This document shows positions 1-12,500 of a DNA stretch of 64,000 bases, one piece after another. Made by a program: the position numbers and the translations under genes. Position 1 is the first letter of the stretch, and each line of letters begins with the position of its first letter. The DNA is from Strigamia acuminata (taxonomy: Eukaryota): assembly GCA_949358305.1 (NCBI GenBank), contig OX442314.1, positions 31,372,001-31,436,000 of the forward strand, read 5' to 3'. Below the pieces are notes generated by a model. That model searched no databases. It saw nothing but the letters and a program-made list of their open reading frames with translations, and was not told the DNA's origin.

Positions 1-559
1 ATGACAGCTCTCAAAAGCAACAAATTCGAACTTACAGCGATGAAATACACCTTAGTCCTCTGCTACCATGTTGTATTTAGGGAAGATAAGAAGCAAAAGT
101 GGTAAAATCCATCAGGAGTTTTATTCACATGCACTTGGGTGAAAAACAGAAAACGTAAGCAATCATAAGCAATGATAAAACGAGATACAGAGTCGGGTTA
201 ATGGAAATCCCGACGACACAGTCTAAACTATACAAAACTATGGGATCTCATATGATCCATTCGGAAACGATGTTTACAAAATAAGAAACACATAAATATC
301 AAACATTAATGCAAACATCGAGAATAAACAACTATAAATCAATCTCGGGGAACAAAAAGGCCAACAGTTCTCCCATATCATCTACTTCCTGTACCAATCT
401 CGCTGTTGGCCTCGTTGGTATTTTTGGAGGAGGATGTGGCGTTTGTCCACTGTCTTGGTTTCTATTACCGCTATTATCTGGCCTGCTATCGCAGTAATTC
501 GTCAAGAGCTCTCTGCTCTTCTGGTGGCAAATACTTTGCATAGCGATCATCAATATACA

Positions 560-900
560 TCTAATTATCACGCATGAATTGGGTTAATTTCTCGAATGAA
601 CTTGCCATTGGAGCACCCACCATAGTCAATACCTTTTCAGAGAATTCTGTTAGTCCCAGTCGAATTTGTCTATCTGCTGGGAAATCGCCAACATTATTCC
701 GTTTGATGCAAATATGACCGCAGATTCTCTTCCAGCATCTATTGCAGATTATCCCAGTAGCTTACGAGGGTTGCATGCAATTCGCCATATTCTTTCATGA
801 ATTCTCTGACAAAAGCATCCCAATGCGGAAATTGGTGTTCATAAAACCAATTTGCGGCTCCTCCTGTCAGCATCTTGATAGGCTTGTAGGCGCCGGACAT
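560..900 (-). pseudogene. Decayed retrotransposon gag (capsid-like) fragment
   Basis: LTGGAANWF...WDAFVREFMKEY...NLQ*MLEENLRSYL resembles the Ty3/Gypsy gag pattern (L.G.A..W, W..F...F, LRQ...E.+..Y); several in-frame stops. Confidence 0.5.
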
Positions 901-1610
901 CAACGAAAAGGAACTGACACTCGATTTAAACGGTGCGGGAACTCGCATTATGCGACCGCCATCTTTATTCATCGTGATGAAGAGAGAGAACATAAAAGCG
1001 CACCTCTTTCGAGGCTACAAAGCTTAAAGGTAGAACAAATCATTGTTAACAAGCAATGATTTGTCCTTTACATGATAAACAATAAAGGAGGAGCAAATAA
1101 TCGATAAACAACTTAAAAGCAATGGAATAACTAAACGAATATTGCTCATTTGAGCGGACGACGAGAAGGCACATCTTTACAAGTAAATAAACTAGTTGCG
1201 GCACATAACAAGCAAGGTAAAAAAAAAAACGGGATCAACTAGTTTAACTAAGTCACAGCAAAGTAAAGACATGCACGTTGCATTTAGCCATAAATATGCA
1301 ACTAATAAATCTCAAACAGTTGGGCATTTCCCAACACATCTTAGGTATTATCTTTTTTAATGCATCGTAAGGATCTACCTTGTGACATCTAATGACTTGC
1401 ATTACTTCGTCTAGGAATTGTGTTCCTGCAAGCCAAGAACTGTCAAGCATATCTGGGGTTATTCGGTCCCATTTAATTTGACTTGTTGCGGCTTAACAAT
1501 GTATCCAATTTGACGTACAGTACTTCCGAATTTGTTTCTGCAGAACTTCCTCCATTTCTTGTGATCTGGACGGAATTTTTGATAGACGTTTGTCGATCTG
1601 CCTTTCAATA

Positions 1611-2375
1611 CAGGGTGGTCAGAAAGTCTGGTTCTATGTAAATAATTCCCAAACTGTTCTAGATGTTGATTCAGCAAAATTATTGTAAGAATAGTATGTC
1701 GGGGGAAATCCAATTATGACATCCAACTTGACCTCAGAGGTCATCTTTAAGGTCATCCACATTGTAACTCGAGAACCGTGACAGATAGAGAGAAAAAGTG
1801 AATCAAAAAGTTGTAGAGGACCATCTAATTAGTCTAGAACTGTTCTTAAAAAAATTATCTCTTACCGAAAAGTTTTGAGAAAAAAAGGTTTGAAATGTTA
1901 GTCTACTCAGCTTTGTAACCTAAAACAATCATGTTGGAATGTATTTCCAAAATAAATTATTTCTTTTCTTTTGTGTTTCCTCTCTTCCACTTACAAGTAT
2001 GACCAAATAAAGCGTCCTAATTGAGGCTTAGCTTGGTTGCCTCAATAGTTTTAGGTTACAAAGCTGAGTTACAATGCTGAGTATAGTAATGTTTCAGACC
2101 TTTTTTCTCAAAATTTTTCAGTAAGAAATAATTTTTTTAAGAACGGTTCTAGACAAATTGGATGATGCTCTACAACTTTCTAATTCATCTTTTTGCTTTA
2201 TCTGTCACGGTTCTCGAGTTACAATGTGGATAACTTTGAAGATGACCTCAGAGGTCAAATTGGATTTCATAATTGGATTTCCCCCGACATACTACCCTTA
2301 AAATAATTTTGCTGAATCAACATCTAGTACAGTTTGGGAATTATTTACATAGAACCAGACTTTCTGACCACCCTG
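1611..2375. mobile_element. Tc1/mariner-type MITE (foldback) with long imperfect TIRs
   Basis: Starts TA|CAGGGTGGTCAGAAAGTCTGG and ends CCAGACTTTCTGACCACCCTG|TA; inverted similarity extends about 300 bp; TA TSD. Confidence 0.9.
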
Positions 2376-4325
2376 TATATTCTTGCCACTGCATTGCATT
2401 ATCCGTTGGACCAGGAATATTAGCAGATGGTGGTGGGTCTCTGTGTTGAGAATAATCAAATCGTTCTTGTCGATTTCCGCTACGACTCGCGTAATTGGCG
2501 TTATCGCGCTGGAAACGTTCAGATTCAGAATATTTCCAATCTTCTTGCCGATATCTCGATCTGCTTGGAGAATTTGCACGTTGTCTATTCCATTCCTGCT
2601 GATGTGCATAATCTTCTTGTTGACGTGAATATTCTCCATGTCGTGATTCATTACGTCCATACGAGTCCTCTTTACGTCTTGAGTATTTGTCATGGTATTG
2701 TCTATCTCTTTGGTTGTGACGATACTCTTCTTCTCGACGTGGGTCATTGCTGTAACGATATTCATCTCTGTGATGTCTATCGTCACCTTGACGATTCCTT
2801 TGACGTTGTTCATCATTTCATTACGATAATATTTGTCTCTTCGTCATTGTTCTTCTCTTTGGCGCTTGTCAGTGCGATGTTGCTCGTCTGCTCGACGTTG
2901 TTCGTCTGTTCGACGTTCGTCCGCTCAGCGTTGTTCGTCCGCTCGGCGTTGCTCATCAGTATGATGTCGCTCGTCTCTTTGACGTTGCTCGTCGGTGGTA
3001 CCAATGTCGTGACCATCGACCCCCTCTACCAAGGTGAAGGACGGGAGGGTTGTCACCCCGTCCGGCCACAGGAGGGGCCCTTCGGTCAGGTAGGTGAGCT
3101 TGCGTCTGGGTGATGACAGTGTGGGGGCGACCAATCCGCTGTTTTCAGGCGTTGTTTCTCGGCGACTGTGATAGGTAGAGTGACCGGAAGAAGTAAGGAT
3201 GAAGGATGCGAAGTCCTAAGAGGAACCACCTGAGTCGAACTGGTGTCTAGGATCTTTCCGCCCAACAGACCTGTGGAATATGTGGATGACAACGAAAACG
3301 AGGGCAAGACGAGGGTGCGTGTCACGGTCTTGGTCACTGTGATTCTGGCCAGGGATCCACGGATCACGTTTGAGCGGATACCATCTTTCCCCGCGACGAC
3401 TGTTTCGTATACTCGAGCGAGCAAGGACAGAATGACGCTCATAATGCCCAACCACACCAATCTTCGGGCAACTGCGAGTACGATCCTTATTAACTAGAAA
3501 AAATTATGTAAATGGTGGGGCAGGGAAGAAATGTAAATCGAGACAAAACAGAGAATATAGAACAAGGACGAAAAGTGAAGAATGGAGAAGTGATTTAAAA
3601 AAAAAAAAGAACTTACGGTTGCCCGGGGAATCTGGCCCCGTCGTTTGGCTCCTGACGTAAAATACGTATCTTCCTTCGTAGCTGTCAAGGAGGTACTGGT
3701 GGACGGGGTTTGTCTTGCACTTCAATAATATTCCATCCCAGCCGGTCGGATATTAGGCAACGGTCTTCCCCCGAATGTTACTGACTCTCTTTGTAGTTCC
3801 ACCTCTTCTTTTCGCTGTTTCCATTCCTCTCGTAAGCGTACGAATCCTTGGTCGACAGTTTCTCCGTGGTCCAACGCTTGTCTCACCAAATTGCTCCGGA
3901 GCAGGACTGGATCATACAAAATGGAGAGCCAGTTTTTGAGGAGCTCTCTTGTCATATTCATCGGTGCTATCCACAGTAAACTAACTGCGGTGAAAGCTGC
4001 TTCGTGCGTTGTGAAAACGTCTGGATATAGTAGTCGCTGCATGATTTTCATTGTGACTTTCTGAAACTTTTGTAGCCTTGCCTCGGTCTGCTCTGCTAAA
4101 GGCCATTCCAGAAACTACATTGCTCTCCGCTGCAACTCGAAGATGGCTTCCCTCAACTGAGCCAGCTGGTATGTGTCTAATCTTTGTTGGAAAACTTCTT
4201 GTGTTTCGGCCGAAATTTGTTTGTATTGTCCCCACATCTCGTAAAAATTTTTATAGGTAATATACCGAGCGTGACGTGTAATTGTCGAGATAATTAGGTC
4301 AGCACGAATCTTCTTGCCTAATGGG

Positions 4326-4708
4326 TTTCGAGACTTCGAAATAATCCAGCTGCGATTGCAGCACGCACAAATAACAATTCGAGGTATAAAATGTTAAAAC
4401 TAATTTAATCGATGATAGAAATTCTAATGAGAAGGAAACGCGTGGTATTGCGAGTCCTTGTACAAAAAAAGATGGTGGTCGACCCAAAAAACGGGGTCGA
4501 CATCCGGTCAGCAAGGACCGGTCACTCAATTTACATACTAGAGGGCTCTTTTAACAGCCCTCGATAATAATAGCAAATTTCAGTAATTCAAACACTTGTA
4601 ACAAATTCAATACTCAATAAATTCAAAGTAAACAAACATTTCGACTAATTTAAACTAACATAAAAATTAAATCAACATTTAAAAACATTTAAATCAACAG
4701 ATTTTACA
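4326..4708 (-). repeat. Bel/Pao 3' LTR
   Basis: Direct repeat of 10038-10420. Confidence 0.95.
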
Positions 4709-4746
4709 CTGCCGGGGGAACATGACAAAAATCACGACAAACAATC

Positions 4747-7700
4747 TCACTCCGACACCTCCAACGAACAAAGTCTTTGTACTGGTCTTCTCAAAATTTT
4801 CCCGCCGGGTAGCAATAGCTTGCACGAACGAATTTTTCCGTCTCTTCCGACGAATGTCTCGAAAACTTTTGCCGTCTTCCAAGTTAAACGAGGTTGCCCT
4901 TGTTCCTGGATAAGGACTAAATCTTCGACTTGAATCTCTCTAGAGGCACGTACGTGTCGAAATTCCCTCAATTCGACCAAATATTCATGCGACCATCGTC
5001 GCCACAGCAAATTTATAAGTCTTTGTCGTAGCTTCCATCGTTTTACAAGTTCTGGCCTCTTCGAATTATCGACTCGACATTCTGAACTGTAGATATCCGG
5101 CAAACTGGTAATTCTTGTTCCGATTAAGAAATGTGACGGGGTCAGTGGTTCTCGCTCTTCCGGATTGTCCGTCACGTAGGTTATTGGACGTGAATTGATC
5201 ACCGCCTCAACCTCAGTTAGTACGGTGGTGAGCTCCTCGAAACATAATGACGATCGACCGAGAACCTTCTTGAGACTGAGTTTGACGGTTTTGACGAGGC
5301 GCTCCCAGAAGCCACCCCACCAAGGCGCCAATTCAACAATAAACTTCCATTGGATCTTGTGTTGTGACAAAAATCCTTGTAATTGTTCGCCCGAAAATTC
5401 GTTGATAAAAAGGGCCAAATCCTTTTCTGCCCTCTTGAATGTCTTGGCATTGTCCGAGTATACGATGCTCGGGATTCCTCTTCGCGAAATTAAACGTTTG
5501 AATGCCATAATAAATTTTTCCGTGGTCAGATCGGACACCAATTCGAGGTGGACTGCTCGTACTACCGCGCATGTAAATAGGGCGATATAGGCTTTCTCTC
5601 CATTTCGGGTGTAAAGCGGTCCTGCAAAATCCACTCCGATTATTTGAAATGGCGCTGCTCGATTGATACGATCCGCTGGAAGGAGTCCTATTGCTTGCGT
5701 CATTAGCTTTGCATTTATTCGTCGACAGGTTATGCACTTCGCGACGAACGTCTTGACCAATTTTCTGGCGCGCTGGGCCCAATACCTCGACCTAAACTCT
5801 GCCAAGGTGTCGCCGAGTCCTCCGTGTAGTGCTCGCTTGTGGCAATCTTGAATTATCAGTCTTGTTAACGGCGAACTTGCATCCAGGATGATTGGAATAA
5901 TGAAGTCTTTGGCTCCTGCATGATGTCGTATACGCGAATTAATTCGTAGCAATCCATTTTCGTCAACAGCTATTGACATTTCTGACAACGGGGAGTCTTT
6001 GTTCAGTTTTACTTTATTCTGCAAGTTGTGCATTTCTTCCGTAAATTTTGAACGTTGCATAAAGCCAAACCAATAATTTTCTGCTTCTTCCACTTCTCTT
6101 GCTTTTATCGGACCAACAAATGATTGTCGCTTCCTAGCATTGCGTACGAAACGTAGAATCCAAGCGGTTATTCGAATCCCTCGGTTCCAACTGCCAAACT
6201 TCTCAACGTCAAAAATCGGGTCCATTTTCTTTTGAGACCGAGTCAAATTGATTTGAATTTCGACTTCTTCGAATTCTTCGACATTGTCATCCGAATTTTC
6301 CAATCCCTGTGGCCAGTGAGTTTCGGATTTTTTCAACCACTCGGGGCCTTGCCACCATTCGACGTCCAGTAGTAATTTTTCAGCTTCCATGCCCCTCGTT
6401 AGTTTATCCGCAGGATTGACCTTCCCCGGGCAGTGTCGCCAGCGAGCGACGTCTGTATTGGCGCGGATCTCCCGGACGCGATTTGCAACGAATGGATTCG
6501 ATTTCTTCTGCTGTTCACGAATCCAGAAATAGGTGATTGAAGAATCCGTCCAGTAGAAAACTCGCTGAACACCCAAAACTTGAATTTTCGTGGCGATTCG
6601 CGACAACAACAAGGCGCTCATTAGTTCGAGCTTTGGCAGCGTAAGCGACTTTAAGGGGGCAACACGCGATTTTGACAGGCAAAGCGAGACGTCGACTGTG
6701 TGTCCATTCTTGGTTCGGACGTAGAGCACTACGCCGTAAGCCTTCGGGCTCGCGTCACAGAAAAAATGAAGTTCTTGCTGCGATTTGTCGTCTAAGTTCA
6801 GGCTGTAGGGACGTCCGACAGAAATCTTTCGCAACAACACGATTTGTTCAAACCAATGGGCCCATTGTTTCGCAACGTCGGGGGGCAGGGCATTATCCCA
6901 TCCAATATTTCGTGCCCACAGCTCCTGGAACATCAGTTTTCCGATGATGGCAAAGGGTGAAGCGAAGCCCAAAGGGTCGTAAATTTTTGCAACTGACTGT
7001 ACTATTTTTCTTTTCGATCCCTCGCCAGCAACAATCTTTTCTTCTGCCCATTCGCCAATTTCTAACTGCAATGTGTCTGCAACGTAGTCCCAGACCAAAC
7101 CCAGCACGGTGGTTTGGTGTTTGTCGGAGTCCATTAATTTGGAATCTTCGGGGATTTCTTTGGCGAAAATTTCACGTAAACGTTGGGAGTTCGAGTGCCA
7201 TTTGCGGAGCGGCATGTGGGCTTTCATCATCAGTTCTCGCGCCTCGTGGAAAATCGTCAACACTCGTTCTTCGGTGCGCATGGAGTCGAGTAAATCGTCA
7301 ACATAAAATTTTTCTTTGATTTGTTCAACGGTGTCGGGGTATTGTGTCTTCATCTCCTCCAGGTGTAACTGAATCGAGTCATTCAGCAGGTAGGGGCTCG
7401 AAGAAACTCCAAAGACCACTCGAATTTGGCGCATAACTCGAGGGGTGAGGAAATCAAGCCCATTCCAATTTTCAGGTACCCACAAGAAACTCACGTAATT
7501 TCGGTCCTGGTGTCGTAACAGCAACTGTAGAAATGCCTTCTCGATGTCGGATAAATACGCGATCAACTCTCTTCTGAACAACACCAATAGCTTTAAAATT
7601 TCGGGCAGCAAATTCGGACCACTGTCCAAGCAGTCGTTTAACGACAATTCGTTTTTTCCCTTCGACGATGCATCAAAAACGATTCGAATTTTCGTGGTCG

Positions 7701-9951
7701 CGCGCTCTTCTCGTACGACCGCTCGATGAGGCATAAAATAGGAGTGTTCCGGGTCGTGTTCCGTAACTTCTTCAATTATTCCGTCCCTTAGCTGTTCGTC
7801 AAAAATCTTCTTATAGGACTGATAGAAGCCCGGATTTCGTTTAAATTTTCGCACAAGGTTCCAGAATCTCCGCTTTGCCACTTCATAATTGTTGTTCAAT
7901 TGGCTCGGATCCACCAGCCATGGCAGTGGAACAACGTATCTGCCGTCTTCACGTGTCACCTGCTCGCGGAATCGAATGGCACACGAATTGCGGTCAGTCG
8001 ACGATTCGTCTTCAGTTTCATGTCGAATCCCGATCGCTTCCAGCTCCCAAAATTTTTTCAAGCCGTCGTCCAGTCGTTCTTCGAGGCGCACGCTAAAAAC
8101 TCGGGTGACCATGGTCGAAAGAGAGACCACATTTGCAGAGGAGCCCATCAAAGTCCATCCGAATATAGTTTCAACCGCGAGTAAATCGTCCTCGACCTTT
8201 TGAATCCGCCCCGTCAGTATCTTCGCGATACAGTCCGCACCTATCAAACAAAAAATATCGAAATTAGTATATTTGTTAAATTCAACATTTATATCGTCGC
8301 GTTCTAGGGCGGCTCGCAAGCCAGCCTGCAACTCCGTTTTAATTGGCTTGGTTATCCAAGCTGTCTCGAGCGCCACGACATCAATCGATCGATTTGTGTC
8401 GTCAACATGACACAATTTCAAGTCAAATCGACCTCTGACCACATCTTGCGGCGTTTGATTGCCAAAAGTGTGAACTGTCAAACGTTCTGTGCTTTTCTTT
8501 TCCAACTTCAAGTCTTTGGCGAGACTCGACAACACAAACGTGCTCTGACTTCCCGGATCGATTAGACATTGTATGATGGCTTCACGAGATTGAAACTTTG
8601 CTCGCACAAAAATCGTCGCCAACGTTGCAACAGGAGGAGGAGTTAACACGGGCAATTCGACGTTCGTTGACACGTGGGTGTTTACTCTGTCGGGGTCTGA
8701 GTTCGATGCACCGCTACAAACCAAGTAATTGTGATTTTTTTGGCAAAGTTTGCAAGTAACACGGTAGGAACACGTTTTTGACGTGTGCCCTTTCTTCATG
8801 CACTTAAAACATCGTCCATTTTTCATAACATATTCCCTTCTTTCAGCTAATGTGGTGGCACAACCGTCCCGTTCATGACTCTTGCTGCAAAACATGCAGT
8901 TCGAAATAGTCGTGTTTAAAATACGTGCAGACGGCGTACGATCGTTATTCTTGCGGAACGTCCTTTCTGGATCCGATTTTTCGACTTTTTCTTTTTTCTC
9001 TCCCTCTTTGGTACGGTGAAGGTCTTGAAAGTTCTCGATTTTGTTGTGATGGACCAACTCAGCACGAATCATGTTGAGAAGATCTTTAGCTTGGTACTTC
9101 CCATCCGGATGCTGTCTGGAGAACTCCAACGAAATCTGTTTTGGCACCAGACCCATGATGAGAGGGCAGGCAGTCGCGTCGATTGCTTCGCTATTCATCT
9201 TAGCAGCATGTAAACCTCGGACATGAGATTCACATCGATCGTAAAGCTTCTGGAGTGGTACAGGATCCAAAATGTCGCTCACCGGCTTCATTTTCATCAA
9301 CGCTCTCATGTGGGCGCTGAGAATCACGTCCGTACGACCATAACGCTCGACTAGCAGCTCTTTTGCGATTGGGTAGTTCTCGTCGACAGGCGGTAGTCCC
9401 TTCAAGACGAGCGCCGCTTCGCCATCCAAGTAGGATTTCAAGTAAACCAGCTTGCTTTTGTTGGTAATACTGGTTTTGGAGTCAATACTAATTTCGAAAT
9501 TACCCCAAAAGTCATCCCACTCGAGTGGATCGCCTCGGAATTTGATGGCTTCATACTTCGGCAACTTCATGGTCGCCTCGTGAGGAACGTTCGCCGTCCC
9601 ATGGTAGTTGTTGGTGATCGGTGTGGCCGGAGGAGTAGCTGGTGGTACGTTGATTTTACGTAACGCCTCATCGATTTCGACCTCACAGTCGATCGCCTTT
9701 TCGTTGTAATTATCTTCACATTGGGTTATTTCGGCGTCTATTTCATCCTCGTCGGTCAGCGTTGCCAGTATTCTCGCGTCGAGCACCTTCAATTCAGAAA
9801 TTTTGGTTTTAAGATGTACTTTGATTTTTTTCAGATCGAGTTCGTTTAATGGTATTGTTGCGAGAATTGTCTTCGCCTTCGTGATTGTATTCGTAGCCAT
9901 TCGTCTTGCCACGCTACGTTGCATTTTTACAACGCTAATTTCTTCAGCCAT
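4747..9951 (-). CDS. Bel/Pao gag-pol polyprotein (gag with Cys/His knuckles, aspartic protease, RT, RNase H, integrase)
   Basis: 1734 aa uninterrupted; LPKYEAIKFRGDPLEW gag, CMFC/CFKC/CKLC knuckles, LIDPGSQ protease, RIVFDAS and YVDD RT, FCDAS RNase H, GVDFAGP/SDNA/PWWGGFWERLV integrase. Confidence 0.96.
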   Translation of the reverse strand: MAEEISVVKMQRSVARRMATNTITKAKTILATIPLNELDLKKIKVHLKTKISELKVLDARILATLTDEDEIDAEITQCEDNYNEKAIDCEVEIDEALRKINVPPATPPATPITNNYHGTANVPHEATMKLPKYEAIKFRGDPLEWDDFWGNFEISIDSKTSITNKSKLVYLKSYLDGEAALVLKGLPPVDENYPIAKELLVERYGRTDVILSAHMRALMKMKPVSDILDPVPLQKLYDRCESHVRGLHAAKMNSEAIDATACPLIMGLVPKQISLEFSRQHPDGKYQAKDLLNMIRAELVHHNKIENFQDLHRTKEGEKKEKVEKSDPERTFRKNNDRTPSARILNTTISNCMFCSKSHERDGCATTLAERREYVMKNGRCFKCMKKGHTSKTCSYRVTCKLCQKNHNYLVCSGASNSDPDRVNTHVSTNVELPVLTPPPVATLATIFVRAKFQSREAIIQCLIDPGSQSTFVLSSLAKDLKLEKKSTERLTVHTFGNQTPQDVVRGRFDLKLCHVDDTNRSIDVVALETAWITKPIKTELQAGLRAALERDDINVEFNKYTNFDIFCLIGADCIAKILTGRIQKVEDDLLAVETIFGWTLMGSSANVVSLSTMVTRVFSVRLEERLDDGLKKFWELEAIGIRHETEDESSTDRNSCAIRFREQVTREDGRYVVPLPWLVDPSQLNNNYEVAKRRFWNLVRKFKRNPGFYQSYKKIFDEQLRDGIIEEVTEHDPEHSYFMPHRAVVREERATTKIRIVFDASSKGKNELSLNDCLDSGPNLLPEILKLLVLFRRELIAYLSDIEKAFLQLLLRHQDRNYVSFLWVPENWNGLDFLTPRVMRQIRVVFGVSSSPYLLNDSIQLHLEEMKTQYPDTVEQIKEKFYVDDLLDSMRTEERVLTIFHEARELMMKAHMPLRKWHSNSQRLREIFAKEIPEDSKLMDSDKHQTTVLGLVWDYVADTLQLEIGEWAEEKIVAGEGSKRKIVQSVAKIYDPLGFASPFAIIGKLMFQELWARNIGWDNALPPDVAKQWAHWFEQIVLLRKISVGRPYSLNLDDKSQQELHFFCDASPKAYGVVLYVRTKNGHTVDVSLCLSKSRVAPLKSLTLPKLELMSALLLSRIATKIQVLGVQRVFYWTDSSITYFWIREQQKKSNPFVANRVREIRANTDVARWRHCPGKVNPADKLTRGMEAEKLLLDVEWWQGPEWLKKSETHWPQGLENSDDNVEEFEEVEIQINLTRSQKKMDPIFDVEKFGSWNRGIRITAWILRFVRNARKRQSFVGPIKAREVEEAENYWFGFMQRSKFTEEMHNLQNKVKLNKDSPLSEMSIAVDENGLLRINSRIRHHAGAKDFIIPIILDASSPLTRLIIQDCHKRALHGGLGDTLAEFRSRYWAQRARKLVKTFVAKCITCRRINAKLMTQAIGLLPADRINRAAPFQIIGVDFAGPLYTRNGEKAYIALFTCAVVRAVHLELVSDLTTEKFIMAFKRLISRRGIPSIVYSDNAKTFKRAEKDLALFINEFSGEQLQGFLSQHKIQWKFIVELAPWWGGFWERLVKTVKLSLKKVLGRSSLCFEELTTVLTEVEAVINSRPITYVTDNPEEREPLTPSHFLIGTRITSLPDIYSSECRVDNSKRPELVKRWKLRQRLINLLWRRWSHEYLVELREFRHVRASREIQVEDLVLIQEQGQPRLTWKTAKVFETFVGRDGKIRSCKLLLPGGKILRRPVQRLCSLEVSE

Positions 9952-10018
9952 TTTGTATTTTCTCGAGTTCTACTTGCGGTTTTATGGATTTCAGTTCTAA
10001 CGGTTCCTGGAGTTTATT

Positions 10019-10036
10019 TCCCGGGTTTCGGCACCA
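10019..10036 (-). other. Primer-binding site complementary to tRNA-Phe 3' end
   Basis: Element strand reads TGGTGCCGAAACCCGGGA, 1 nt after the 5' LTR. Confidence 0.9.
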
Positions 10037-10037
10037 A

Positions 10038-10420
10038 TTTCGAGACTTCGAAATAATCCAGCTGCGATTGCAGCACGCACAAATAACAATTCGAGGTATA
10101 AAATGTTAAAACTAATTTAATCGATGATAGAAATTCTAATGAGAAGGAAACGCGTGGTATTGCGAGTCCTTGTACAAAAAAAGATGGTGGTCGACCCAAA
10201 AAACGGGGTCGACATCCGGTCAGCAAGGACCGGTCACTCAATTTACATACTAGAGGGCTCTTTTAACAGCCCTCGATAATAATAGCAAATTTCAGTAATT
10301 CAAACACTTGTAACAAATTCAATACTCAATAAATTCAAAGTAAACAAACATTTCGACTAATTTAAACTAACATAAAAATTAAATCAACATTTAAAAACAT
10401 TTAAATCAACAGATTTTACA
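10038..10420 (-). repeat. Bel/Pao 5' LTR
   Basis: Begins TGTAAAATC on the minus strand; followed by the PBS. Confidence 0.95.
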
Positions 10421-10613
10421 ATGGGCACTCGTGATCTTATCTGACAAGAAGATGAGTGCTGACCTAATCCCGACAATTACTAAAGCGCGAGGTGTATTTG
10501 ATACGAGTATTTACCGATAGAAAATAAGGTAGATAGTGAAAATGAGATAGTGAACATGAGAATTTATTATGAAAAAAGCAAAAAGAAAAAAAATGGAGAA
10601 TAAAAGTTAAATG

Positions 10614-10754
10614 AAACAAAGAATAAGAAATAAAACAATTAAACAAAGAATAAGAAATAAAACAATGAAACAAAGAATAAGAAATAAAACAATTAAACAA
10701 AGAATAAGAAATAAAACAATGAAACAAAGAATAAGAAATAAAACAATTAAACAA
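10614..10754. repeat. 27-bp minisatellite (about 5 copies)
   Basis: AAACAAAGAATAAGAAATAAAACAAT(T/G) in tandem. Confidence 0.9.
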
Positions 10755-12239
10755 ATTAACAATAAAAATTTTGAATTTTAAATGTGCAATCATTAAATAC
10801 TGGTTTGTATTTAGAAGTTGTTGTAGTCACTTCTGTTGTGGTAGTCAGTTCAGTATTCAAATCTCGAACTTCTCATGCTGAGAGCTGGTCATCTGTAGGT
10901 ATGGTTGGATAGAGCTACCAGAAGTGTGCCCGGTTAATTTATCAGCTGTTGTTCTGGTACTCCTGCTGCAGCTAGCTGAGTCACTGCTGTTGCACGGTGA
11001 CTGTGATTGGTTTTTTTTTTTTTGCAGGATAAACCAACGTGTTGCGATGTTTGCTTGGTCCATTTGGAGATTTCATTCTTTCCTGCTGGTGTATTTTTAT
11101 ACCAGCCTAAAAAATGACACCAAAGCGAAAAAGACGTGTCGCGCCACGTAATATGTACACATGTTGCGCTATGTCATATCATTGCGTCTGAACATCACGG
11201 TGTCGCGCCAGGTCATACCACCGGCATGCTTAATAGCGACGTCGCGCTAAATCATCCGGTATGCAACTGCCCAGATGCATAGGTGCGAATTTGAGTGTCG
11301 CGCCAACCCATGTCGCTCGTAGTACACATCACCAAAAAGGGTTATATTTCACTTGCTTCCTATTCCAAAACCTGAGAAAAAGAAAGCCAAGGCTAATAAA
11401 AACAATCTCACATAATAGATTGGAATAAAGCTCATCATACAAATCTAAGAAAAAAAATTAAGTTTATTTTTTTTCGTCTAAAATTTTAAAAATGTAAAAA
11501 ATAAACCTTATTTGTGCAAACAGCACGCTCCGTGTTTTGTTGCATTGTTGCAACAGCATCTTGCGTGTTTTGTTGTCTTGCTGGAACATCATTTTAAATG
11601 TTTAAAACCACATCCATTTTGCCAAATAAAAATGCTTGTTGATAAAAAAGTAGGGGATTTGATACAAGGAAGTAAACAGAGAAGGGAGATATAATCCCAT
11701 ACTAATCCCCCTACATTACGATGCGCGCCAAAAGTATGGAATAATCAGTTTTTTTGTAATATTTTTTTTTACGCTTCATCTAGAATCAATCCAATTTTTT
11801 AATCCATGTATTTTGTCCTTTGAATTCGTTTAAAATTAACAAATTTATCATTTTTTTAGAAAAATAAATTTGGCAGTGATTTTACACAAAAATGGGGGTG
11901 ACATAAGTATGGAATATTTCAGGTTTGCTGCAAAAAAATAAATAAAATTAATTTCACATAACATGCCTTTGTCTGATTATTTAATCAGTGAATATGTCAT
12001 CAATTTTCTGCCATTTTTGAATTGTTGCTATTTTCTTATTTTGATGCAATCCCTTGTACAAAACTTGCAACCAGTGTGGAAATCGCTGAAATAAAGCGAT
12101 TAAAGGCACTGGGGCTCGCCAAAGAACAAATTGATAGAAAATTAGGAGAAATTGAAAGAAATTAGTCAATTGCATCAAAAATTCTAACCAAAACATGAAA
12201 TCCAAATGTGAAAGCAGACAGGGAAGACCAAAAGTGACC

Positions 12240-12500
12240 AAGTGAGCATTGTCCTGCTGAAACACCCATTTATTGCCACAATTTTCCATCCAAATAGCAA
12301 TAAATGCATGTTTAACACTTCCTTATACTTCTGGGAATCTTTCAATCCTTTCATTATTAAGATGTTTGCCTCTAATTTTCGCCCGAATGTCACCCAAACC
12401 ATCACTTGATTCTGCCCACTGAGAAAACTTCTCTCCTCTCCTTAAATCTTGCCACTTATTACACTAACCATCCAGACCATCTAAGTTGAACTGTATTTTG
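12240..12500 (-). pseudogene. Tc3-like DDE transposase remnant
   Basis: FNLDGLDG..WQDLR, VMVW and WVFQQDNA motifs in broken frames. Confidence 0.8.

Larger units (their letters stand above)
4326..10420 (-). mobile_element. Full-length Bel/Pao LTR retrotransposon
   Basis: 383-bp LTRs at 4326-4708 and 10038-10420; 5-bp TSD ATGGG at 4321-4325 and 10421-10425; single intact gag-pol ORF. Confidence 0.97.

Noticed and set aside
10019..10036. tRNA genes here and at 19319
   Set aside because: Only 18-19 nt complementary to tRNA 3' ends next to LTRs, so these are PBSs
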